A stretch of DNA of 64,000 nucleotides. Source: Balanoglossus misakiensis. Taxonomy: Eukaryota; Animalia; Hemichordata. Positions 27,701 through 38,899 of this stretch are shown here, one piece after another. The stretch is taken from the NCBI GenBank assembly GCA_040954595.2, contig CM082588.2, positions 2,239,027 through 2,303,026 of the forward strand. Direction: 5' to 3'. The notes under the pieces are model-generated. The model ran no database searches, was not told the DNA's origin, and was given only the letters and a program-made list of their open reading frames with translations. A program made the position numbers and the translations under genes. The number at the start of each line of letters is the position of its first letter. Positions within the stretch are counted from its first letter, which is position 1.

Positions 27701-29392
27701 AGATTTTTGTAAATATTTGTGAAGACACACCTGTTTATTCGGGTACGGAAAAACCTGTCTTCGAATACCCGGATGTTTCCACCCGCAGGCGCTGTGCTTT
27801 GACAAATTACATATCAGCATGATGGAGTATCATGATAAAGTGTATGGGCGCGACGTTCATATCCGTGGTGTGAATTGAAATTATGAATTCATCAATATCC
27901 TCTCAAATAGCACGTGACCGGGAGACAGCGATTTAAGTCAGACCGACAAACAATTTACATATTTCATTTTGATACCTGCGTAGTCCAAGTCGTGTGTGAA
28001 AGTATGGTGTAATTGTCTGTGCCCGATAAATATAAGGGTACGTGTTCCCATTTATTTGACATTCATATTCCGACGTCACCGATGATTATTAAATATCATA
28101 TTCATTGTCACGATTTGAAGGAAATCAACTTCGCACAGTCAACCCACGTACGGTAAAAAAAAAAACTCCTACACATCAATTGACTGCTCAAATACTCCGT
28201 CAGTTTCCACCTGTCCGAATTAAATTGGCTTATGCGGTCGATTTAGAAATGACAAGTCACATTGACATAAACGTTCCATATATATATGCTGTCACCGCGG
28301 GCTTCAACTCAAATGGAAGTGTTGAACATTTATTACATTTGCTGTACAATTAATATTTACCAACCCGTGAGTAGTCGAAATATTTTAATTGCTATGTCTG
28401 GCATGACGCCCTCTAACGGTCGTTTGCGGTTGACTGAACGCAATAAAAGGGACGGACGTGCACGTTTTCTCAGCGACAGACGTCTGCGTGCTCATTTTGT
28501 CGACGGCCAAGCCGCTCAACTGTTTGCGACATGTAATCACGTAGGAAAATTACAGTGATGCTCATCCGTCAGATGGGCCGACAGCGAAACCCTACAATCA
28601 TCAAGGTCGAGCCCTATTGTCAGTCACGTGACCGTCCCCCGGGGGGAGGGGGAAGGCCGGTGCAGGTCACCGATATATTCAATTGATGCAGACAGAGAAG
28701 GCGAGGTTATTTTATGATCTAAAATTAAACCATGACTTTGATCAACGCAGCCAGACACCCAACTGTGATTGTAAACGTGTAATTATGATTTACAATTCTA
28801 CTGAGATGAGTTCACTGTAGATTGTTGTCTGGGCAGATTGGCGTATAAAATTGAAAATATTTGCCTCTGAGCTTCGCTACTGAGCGCTGCGTATTTATCA
28901 TAAACAAGATCTAGGCAGGTATTATTATAATTACACCGGCGAAATTCGATGTTAAGAAGGTATGATACGTGGTATTATATCCTCCTCTCTAAACACGATA
29001 TTTTAATCCTGCAACAAAACCTGGTATTTATCTATCATTCGACACATAGGCCAAGCTGTCAGACTTTTAACTCGGCAGAGTCGCGCCAATTTGACGATAA
29101 TTGGTACAGATCCCTGTAAAGTCGTTCAATATACATGTACTAACCGGTGACCGAATTTTAAACGGGGTTGTGTCAGCTACGGCGCTGGCTGACTTAACAG
29201 CAGGATAACATTGACCTATACGCGGTATATAATTGTGGGATTTCTTCGAACGCGAGTGTTTGTTTAACTGTATGTTTTCGTTGCAATTGAGTTTCGGTGT
29301 CAAGGCGAAATTTAAAAGCGTGTGCTTACCGCGTCTCTGAATGGATGTGGCGCCCCGATGCAGCAGAGGATGCGGGAAAGCAACTTGCCCAT
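21721..29392 (-). CDS. Uncharacterised 269-aa protein with predicted N-myristoylation/palmitoylation anchor and helical C-terminal domain
   Basis: Exons 29392-29330 (MGKLLSRILCCIGAPHPFRDA, donor GTAAGC), 24509-24380, 23582-23355 and 22109-21721. All introns are GT-AG with matching phases 0/1/1, giving 810 nt open to the stop. Confidence 0.8.
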
Positions 29393-32300
29393 GTCTACAG
29401 ATGAACAGTGCGGGCACTAGCGGTGAAGGTGTATTCTAGTTCGGTGAAGAGAAGAAGGCAACGCCCAGGCTGGTGCTTGTCCCTTGACTACATCGCGGCA
29501 AGTCTACATCCTTTCGGGAAAGGGGTAAAAGAAGTGGGCAGACGCTCACGTACATCCACCTCTGCCGGAGAACTACCTCTGTCAGAATTTCCGGCTGTCG
29601 CTGCGCAAAACGCGCGTGCGCATCGTTTAATTCATGCGAAGTGCGTTCGAAGAATATATTTTCGGGTGTCTGCTATTCAGCAGGACAAAAATCAAAAAGT
29701 CACCGGAGATGCCATCATTCGAGATCGGAAACCGACAGCAACGACAAGAAATAATACACCGTGTCGTTAGTAGGAGGAAGACGATCAATACGATTTTGTC
29801 TTGTTTCAGCCGGATGCAAACAAGGGAGATGTCGAGGAAGAGAATCATAAGCGAGAGTGAATATTCCAAATTGAATTTCGCCGCCGCTTACGTCACTGAG
29901 ATCCCACAACACAGCGATATCAGCATGCACACTGCAAAGTGTAATCTTGTTTCGCGGTGAATTTTAAAAAGACACATAAGAGAAACCGTGCGCTCTGGGC
30001 TAAAACGTCGGTCGAAAGGCCTCACAGTCTCACGCGTATAACAAGTGTGTAATTGCAATATTGAATCAATAATTTCCCGAGAACAGCGGAGGATCTGTCG
30101 TCCTGACTCTGAACAAGTCACTTGCAATGGCGATGCACAATTTCATCAAATCCGTCGCCATGGCGGCGGATAAAATAGTTTGGGGGTTAATTTTGCAAGC
30201 GAGTTCCTGTCGAAGTCTCAGTTTACATACAAGACATTTTACGGGACTGCCACGTCCGCATCTGTTAAATTTATGTCTAAACGAGCGCCTTTATCACTGT
30301 CTACGGTTGCGTGGTTACGTGCAGATTGGATCAGTTAGTTTATCATCGCTACCAACGCTATACTCTCCTTCGGCTTATGTTGGCCAGTAAAATATCACTA
30401 ATAAAATAATGATAATATGTTGATCATCACGTGAAGGTGGGTCGGGGAAAAAACTCGCGTACAACATGTAGTATATATCTTCTTTTAAATACAATTAATG
30501 TTTAAGTTTTTAACGTTGTAAGAGACGGTGTCCCAGGGGAGGATGGAATATTAATTGACTAATTCGGATTTTCCTCTTTCATCCAATCAATTTCTCTTCA
30601 TTGATTTGCCTTGCTAATTGGTTATCTGGTCAATTATCTCATCTGATTGCCAGGTTCTATTGTTCGCTAATTATTCCGTTCTCCCATTAACGTCGACAAT
30701 GAAAGGACGAGCATTCATTATGGAAATCTCATTTTCAATCCCTTCGTGTAATGGCCAATCTATCAGCATTGACGAGGGATGGCGTGACCCTTGACCCCCG
30801 TTCTTGAACAATCCTCGCAGATTGTAGCATGGCATCACGGGTAAATTGATCACGAAACAAACATCGCAGTTCATCTATTTCAGATACTCACGTGAACTAG
30901 ACACGCCTGTATGTCTTTCAGCAACTTTTCAATGGACATAATAAAGATGCGAAGGAAGACCTCGGGTATTATATGTATTTTTCTAAGCCTTTTCCAAGTC
31001 AAAAGATGAAAGCCAGGTGTAGTGTTGTGCAGTGGAGTGGAGTGAAGAGGCTGACTCTACTTTTCCGCCTTAAACCAAAGACATTGAAAGACAAGCCGTC
31101 TGGTTCATTGTAATTATTTGTGAGATGAATCGCGGGTTATTGAGAGCAATATCTGGATATATCCGGATCAGAGTGAAGGATGTGGGATGTTTTTTTTAGA
31201 AGAAAGTGACAATAACACCGGTTTGATTACTGTAATTACACGTTGGCGTCAAAATAACCGTGTTAAATAAACGCAAGACTAGAATGAAAAGCAGGGAATT
31301 ACGCGTTGTCATGGTGACAGACAAACGGTAGATTTCGCTGTGTCAGGATATTCACGCACGAGGATGATTGTTGTCTGTCGTTTAGAGTATTTTCGGCTCA
31401 GTATTCGATTGCAGCAGCTTTGTAAACTCTGCATGTTCCATTTGGAGTCGAGTGTCGTGATACACTCTCCATCCGTCTGCTCCGGCTTCTCGGATGACGC
31501 AGGGCTTAATCGATCGGGGGATATTTTCAGCGTTAGAGCGCACAGGTCGTGCTCTGGGGTTGTCATGGCGACGCGAATGAAAGTCTCATCAATGGTTAAC
31601 TTATAAACTATAGGTTTGAACTTTTCCTCCAAATACTAGAGGTAGATTTGAATTTTTGTCACCTCTGTCGATCTCTTGCAGTGAATGGCGCCCCCAACCT
31701 CTGGGACAAGTAAAAATCGCAGTGTGCTTTTGGCCAAGGAGGTGCCCGTCACGGATAGAGGGCGACTCGAGCATTGCCGCATGTGCATGTGTCTCGATTC
31801 CATTGCCTGCAGTAGCTATCCCTCATTCTTGTGCACTGGTACCGCTTCATACAATCCATCAAAAGTGAATATGTCGATTGGAAATTCTAGTCTCTCTGTC
31901 GGTGTGAGACTAAGTGTGTAAGACCCAATATCAACTTGCAAAGTTCATCTTCCCGTCCTCAGTGAACAGCACGGAAACTCGGTAAGTGGTCATATTTGAA
32001 CATCTCAGTTTACGCGTTTTGAACTGTGGAATTCACGTGGACGTCTAGGCATGAAAGACCAGACAGGATTCAATCTACGCACACAGCGTTCCGGGAATCA
32101 CTGGGAAAAGGCATAGACGTAAAATTAGGGCTTAGTTACAAGTTTATTTGTCGTCGATATTCTCCCTGACGGCCAAGATGGCAGCGCACCGAAAGGCATA
32201 TCCTCGTGCGTTACAGAATCAATGCACCTGTCGAAACTGTGCACCTGTTTGGCAAGTGAGTTGACAAAGGAACTGTCCAATAAAAATCTACATGTATTAT

Positions 32301-32912
32301 GAGACCGTTCGCTGCGCACATCAACCTACATTCAACCCCGTAATCTTTATACAAGAAAGTCCAACTTCACCAGTTATATTTTTTGCGCATATCCGCTGTG
32401 AAACTGTGGATTGTGGTTGCGGTGGGTTAAGGGTTTAATTTGGTGAGTGCATACATCGAAGTTGTAAAGTTGGGGATCTGGGGTGTTATTGGGTCTAATA
32501 CTTTACTAGTAATCTCCATTTATAAGGGAGAAACCATTTTTGCGGGGATGTGTAAATATTAATTGCACTACGTCACCACAATCACAAACCAGTCCGGTTG
32601 TCTGCCTGTCTGTTCCTTATCCGAAACAGTTCTTTTTCTTCTGTGCAATACCGTTACATTGCCTTTGGTCGTAAATTTTGACACGGTCTGCCCAAGTTCA
32701 GCGATAGCTTTTTTGTCGCGATTTCGTTAGTTCGAACTGGTGGGCAGCGCCTACCCTCGGCCAGCGCCAACGTCCACCCGTCGGAGCTTGTGTATTCAGC
32801 GTCCGGACCACATACGGTGAAAAGTACCGTGTGAGACAACGCAAGAACGGTTGCATAGGACGAATTGCGGGCAAACGGATTGTAATTCTAAAGGTATCCT
32901 CGCGTCGCCACG

Positions 32913-35900
32913 ATGATTTTCAGGGTACTCGGCTTATCAACTTTTACACTGCTTGTGTTAATTTTACACTGTGCGTCAAGCGACTACAGCCTTACGATAT
33001 TGCACACGAACGATGTGCACGCACGGTTCGAAGAGACCGACGTGAACACTGGCGCCTGCGGCGATGACGAACGGGCAGCCGGCGAGTGTTATGGCGGAGT
33101 CGCTCGTCGCGTGACCAAACTCGAGGAGATCAAGAACCGGGGCGACAACGTGTTGCTTCTGGATGGCGGCGACCAGTACCAGGGCACTTTATGGTTTTAT
33201 TATTACGAGGGGAGAGCCACTTCACATTTCATGCACTGGATAGGCTACGATGCTATGGTAAGTACTAGTAACTAGCATGGATAGTACTATCTATGGTACT
33301 AGGTACATCCAAATACATACATGTATATGAACCTGTATTTGTGTACCATGCATTTGTGTGCGGGAAAATAGAACAATTCATCGGTCACAGTACGTGATTA
33401 TGTCAAGTGCTACCAGCCATTTCAGCAAGTATCAAAGATTTGTTTCGACCTTTAAACTTTGTCATTGACACACCCGGATAGAGTCATGCAGACTTGACCA
33501 TTCAGTACGGGAAAGAATCGTTCTATAACCCTGTTTGTATCTTGGTCTATAGGCGTTGGGCAATCATGAATTCGACAACAATATCGACGGTCTATTACCC
33601 TTCTTGGAGAATGCCTCCTTCCCTGTGCTTAGCGCCAACATTGACGACACTGAAGAACCTCGGATGCAAGGGAAATACAACAAATCACACGTCTTTAATG
33701 ACGTTGGTGGAGAGAAAATTGCTGTTATAGGCTACACCACCGTCGACACCCCGTTGATTTCATCACCAGGTGCGTTAAAGGGACAATTTTCGGTCCCTGG
33801 GTCTCGCCACAGACTTAAAGGGGCAAATTTCAATCCTAAGGCAAAGACTCTCTGATTACACCGTCTTATGTAGCCCACACTTCGCCAGTGACATTTTCTG
33901 TTCTTTTATTCAGGAAAATTAAAATTCGAAGACGAAATAGATTCGGTCCAAGCCGAACTGGATCGACTGAAGACCGAGGACCCCACAATCAATAAGTTTA
34001 TAGCGCTGGGGCATGCTGGGATCGATGTTGATCTGCAGATTGCGGACAAAGTGAGAGGAATCGACGTCGTTATTGGTGGTCACACTAACACGTTTCTATA
34101 CACAGGTAAGGACACGGCCTTGATCTTGTGACGGGGGTCTGGAGATTTCAAAGCATGCATTTCCTTTTTTTATTTCCGAGTATATTATTGCACAGGCAAT
34201 TGGTCATTTTTTCACATTGTTTGTTTCCTTCTTATTTTTCTGTGTGGTTGAAATATCAAATCTTGCCATTATCAGTTTTGATGTGACATGAAAGATGTGT
34301 ATCACATAAAATATCTCTTATAATGTATAGGCGACCCGCCGTCCACCGAAGAACCAATGGGTGAATACCCCCTTGTCGTCAATCCATCACACGACCCCAG
34401 TTTGACAGTCTTAGTAGTTCAAGGCTATGCCTATGGCAAATACCTGGGAGAGCTACTGGTGGACTTTGACGACAATGGTGTCGTCATCGGCTATGGAGGA
34501 AACCCTATCCTATTGGACAACAGCACTGCGCAAGGTACGTCTGAGGAAATACTAGTATATTCAGCTTACTGACTAGGATCTTGAGGATTGGAAACAGACG
34601 AATATGCAGATTTACAAGTTAGGCGTATCATTTCAGGAAAAATTATTTCCCTGCGTATATCTTGACCTTTGTTCATTGTGAATTGTGATATCAATAAGAC
34701 GTACATGTACATTTATTTCCGCGCTCTTTTCCTTAAGATCCGGCGACACTGGCTGAGATTGAGAAATGGAGGGAACCGCTGATCGAATTCCAGGAAGAAG
34801 TCATCGGGAAAACAAACGTTTACCTCGAAGGAGCCCGATCCGTTTGCAGGGTGAAGGAGTGCAACATGGGTAATATGATCACTGATGGATTGATCCACCA
34901 GAACATTAAGGAACCAGACGAGCTGAAGTGGAACCACGTGGCCATTGCAATTTGGAATAGCGGGGGTATACGAGCTCCCATTCAGATAGGTAATACACCC
35001 CCTGTTGTCTGATGTTTTCTGACCCTTACCCGACATCCACCCTTTAAGGGGGGAATTGCATGAGAACTTGTGATATTTGCCACTTTCAAAAAGTTGTTTT
35101 TATTGATTTGAATACTGGGCATGTCATTATGTTGTAGGGATTGAAACAAGAAACTGTCGTGTATGCGCAAAATAAAAATACATAAAATCAAATTACAGCT
35201 ACATGTACACTGTACTGTGTAATGCGAAATTAACCTTTGCATCTGTACCATCTATTACGTCACAGGTGACATCACTGTGGCAGATGTGGTGACTGTATTG
35301 CCGTTTGGAAACACTGTTGATATCGTTCAGTTGAAAGGAGTCCACTTGCTGGAAAGCTTGGAACATTCTGTTGCTCGCTATAATACAATATCACCCTATG
35401 GGGAGTTCCTCCAATTCTCAGGTTAGTGCACAACTTCACCACATCACTGCAATCGATTTTCTGCTATTTTCTGTGTACACTTACTAAGTTTTCGTTTTTG
35501 AGGTATTCAGATAAAAAATCGGGTAGCTATCGTGACTGTAAAAGAAGCAGACATGGATTTGATTATTTTTCATTTTCTCCCTCTCAAACGTGACCATACC
35601 AGGGATACACGTGACGTTCGACGTTGACCAACCATCGGGCAGTCGTGTTGTCGACGTTCAGGTCCTTTGCAGCGAGTGTCACATGCCAGAATTTCTGCCT
35701 CTGGATGTCGACGCAGTCTACACTATGTTGATGTCAGATTTTTTAGCGAACGGCGGAGACGGGTACACCATGATAAGCGACAATAAATTACTGCACGAAA
35801 GTGGTAGGTTATCACAGTTTCAGGGATGGGTCACTCATTCAATTGGTGCCGATAACCGCACATAATCGGATTAAAATTAGGCCATTTACCTATGTCAAAC

Positions 35901-36241
35901 ATTCGGGTCACCTGTTCTTTTTGATTAAACAATCAAGTATGAATATTTATCATTTATCAAACAAAATGGTCTTTACTTATGTGTGTTCAGTGATATTTGT
36001 TCGATTGTTGTCAGGGTTCTAACCACTGGATGTATAGTAATACCATCCATGCACTCTTGCAGGTAACTTGGATGCGGAGACAATTATGAATTACATCGAG
36101 CAAGTATCGCCGATGTTTGACAATGTGGAGAACAGGATACAATTCGTGGAGAAGGATGACCCTTGCTCTATTGGATCGGCTCGAAGAATCTTCGCTAACC
36201 TTGCACTTCTACTTGCGATCTTGTTTATTCAACTTTTATAA
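32913..36241 (+). CDS. NT5E: Ecto-5'-nucleotidase (CD73-like), signal peptide plus predicted GPI anchor, 8 coding exons
   Basis: Signal peptide, then LTILHTNDVHARFEE, CYGGVARR, LLLDGGDQYQGTLWF, LGNHEFD, IALGHAG, GGHTNTFLY, CRVKECNMGN, GGIR, LPFGNT, FLANGGDGY and a hydrophobic C-terminus ANLALLLAILFIQLL*. AATAAA near 36283. A likely 5'UTR exon ends at the donor near 31982. Confidence 0.93.
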
Positions 36242-38297
36242 CATTTTATCGTCAGTATCAGTTCATTTCTTTCACTTGGTTGAATAAAAATTATTGTACT
36301 GATCACCGAATCACTCCTAATTATCAGGTATTATCGTATTACTACTCGCGTCCTGTGCACAATATATACAAGTCCCCGGATTGATACCTTCTCAGATGAA
36401 AAAATAACCAAAATGCGCGCAGTGCCAGAGAAGGTAGATAATTTGTCTTGCTGGCAAATTCGCGTAGGCAGACAGACAACTCGTACCTGTACATCTACAA
36501 ATTGCCATGCTTGTGAACTTACATGATCAAGCCTTTAGAGGGCGTCCTACCATGCGAGGACGAATTCACCCCGATATCTGCACACACATAATGACTATAA
36601 CACAGCATAACTTTAAATGTCTTTAATTCTTGAGATGATATGGATTTTTATAATGAAAATAGTAAGATACAAGACAATGATAGTGGTGGTATTGGTGTTT
36701 TGTTTTCTGTGCAAGTGTAAATTTATGTCAATGAGTGTGGAACTCGCACACTCAGAAAATTGTACAAAGAGAGATGGCAAACACAGAGCCCCTATTTTAT
36801 GAATTGAAAGGGGAGAAAATTCACTCATTATTTTTTAATTAAACCTGGTGAATTGTTTTTAGTATATATTTTAACTAGTGAGAGTGGTAATCAATTCTAA
36901 ATAGAGATCATATCCTTGATCATTTCAAAATTGTAAAAAAAAACATTTTGAAAATTTGATGAAACTCTCAAAAGAATAAATATTCCAAAATGGAAATAAA
37001 CTACAGAAATCTGACGGCAATTAATTTACATAATACAAAACGTGAAGATTTTAATCATGGTCTCTTTTGACCCTTGACTGAAGCATCGATGTTCTGATAG
37101 ACAATTTTATTTTGTTGAGAGAAAATCAAGATACACTCTACAAAATGTACAACACAGCAGTAAAATATTTGTTGTACACAGTGATATATTAGGTTTGCAG
37201 TTTGGGTTACAACAAAGATCACCATGACCTTTTGCTAGTAAATTCAATGTTTTTTTATCGTTTTGAGGTAGTTTTGAATGAGGGAAGAGTTGTGTGCCAG
37301 GAATACAAAATAGAAATGGGGATGGAAATGAAACAACTATTAATAAATTATAAAAAGACACTTGTGATATTTAATGCAACTTGACAACTACTGTGGTTCA
37401 CCTTGCAGAAAAACGTCAGATTTCAGCGTCACAATTTCAAAACTACACAGTTAAACCTCAGTAAATGAAAACTGTTGAGTGACAAAAGCGATTTCCTACA
37501 AAATGAAACTTGCATTTAGTTGCAAAAAAAAATCATACATAGAAATATTTATACTCTATACAATGTACAATAAAGCTTAATTTTTGTGCGAATAGCAAAT
37601 CAACCATACTTAGAAAGTTGATCTCAACAAAAGTAAACATTAAAAAAATTCTTTCAAGACATGCATATATACCAAGGCAAGATTTACTAGTTATACTTTT
37701 GATTTTAAGTTATAGTTTTATAGATACATATCAAATGTAGCAATCTCTGATATTATCAGCCAATCTATGACATTATCTGTTAATCTCTGATATTAAAGCA
37801 GTAACTGAGACTGCTATTTAATATACCATGAAATATAATAATTATGTACAATTACTATGGTAATTTAAAAAATAATATGGAATATCATAATCCTGCAATT
37901 AATAGCAGTAGATTATCTCTCCTCATTTTCCTGTGCTGTTAGTTCTTTCAACACCACTGGAAAATTGAAAAATAAACTGGACAGTAGAATAACTACACAC
38001 TATGTGCGTATACATCTCCCTGACACAATGGCCATTGTAATTAAATTTGATCTTTTGTGTCTCTTAATATTCTTTCAATAAAGGTAGGTGGGTGAAAAAT
38101 TGAAGAATACACAAACACACCGGGCAAATCAGTGAAGATTCTTTTTGTATAAAATATGTGCATGATCTCATAAAATACACAAACCATAAAATTAATTAGT
38201 CAGTGCCCTGAATGCAAATTTTATTATTTGATTTTTGTGTAAAAACCTGTCTAGATAAATACCAAACGATTAGAGTCTGCAAAAAACGTCTTGTTAA

Positions 38298-38471
38298 AGG
38301 TATACGGTCACCTCCAATTCACATATCGCCATATATAGTTGAAATGGCGTATTTGAGTGTTCTAAAGAACGCTTTATTTTCGCGTGTGCCACCCACTGAA
38401 AATCTGTGATTGGTTAGATCTCGATTTACCATGGTAACTGTGGCTAAATTTGTATAGGTGACCGTATACCT
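38298..38471. mobile_element. 174-bp non-autonomous DNA transposon (MITE), Kolobok-type termini
   Basis: Perfect 16-bp TIR AGGTATACGGTCACCT / AGGTGACCGTATACCT, with TTAA on both sides (38294-38297 and 38472-38475). AG..CT termini with a TTAA target site are typical of Kolobok. Confidence 0.85.
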
Positions 38472-38899
38472 TTAATGCCATGATTTAAATATGCAGCATT
38501 ACTGTATTAGTATTGCTCATTTCAACTGGTGTTAACTGTACTTTTGGCAACCATGATCTGTCAGTTCTCGTATTCAGCACCACGAACAACTTGATATCTT
38601 GATCTTGATATCTGTACAGGTCATGTCCTAGGTGCGTGTGTGGGTAAACTTGGAGAGTTGATCTCATCCATCTAACAGTAAATCTCACATGCTGTGTTGA
38701 TGAAGCCGGCATTTACCGTAAAGCTGTGGAAAGGAACCCTGTGAAAATGAGTAATTTGACTATAAACATTAAGCATGGACCTGCATGTAAAACACAGTAC
38801 CGATCAGCAAACATGGCAACTTCTATCGAGGGTCAGGGAAATCTATGTATACAGATATAGATTTACCTTAATTTATGGTTCTGATAATCCAGCCAACAT

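Noticed and set aside
33775-35060. TTAAAGGGACA and TTAAGGGGGAA starts resembling Kolobok ends in NT5E introns
   Set aside because: No matching opposite terminus was found.
36438-36480. AATTTGTCTTG resembling a U7 Sm site; also GAGAACTACC near 29568 matching the HDE
   Set aside because: The first lacks an HDE-complementary 5' segment and a clean hairpin. The second lacks an Sm site and stem-loop. Both are probably chance matches.
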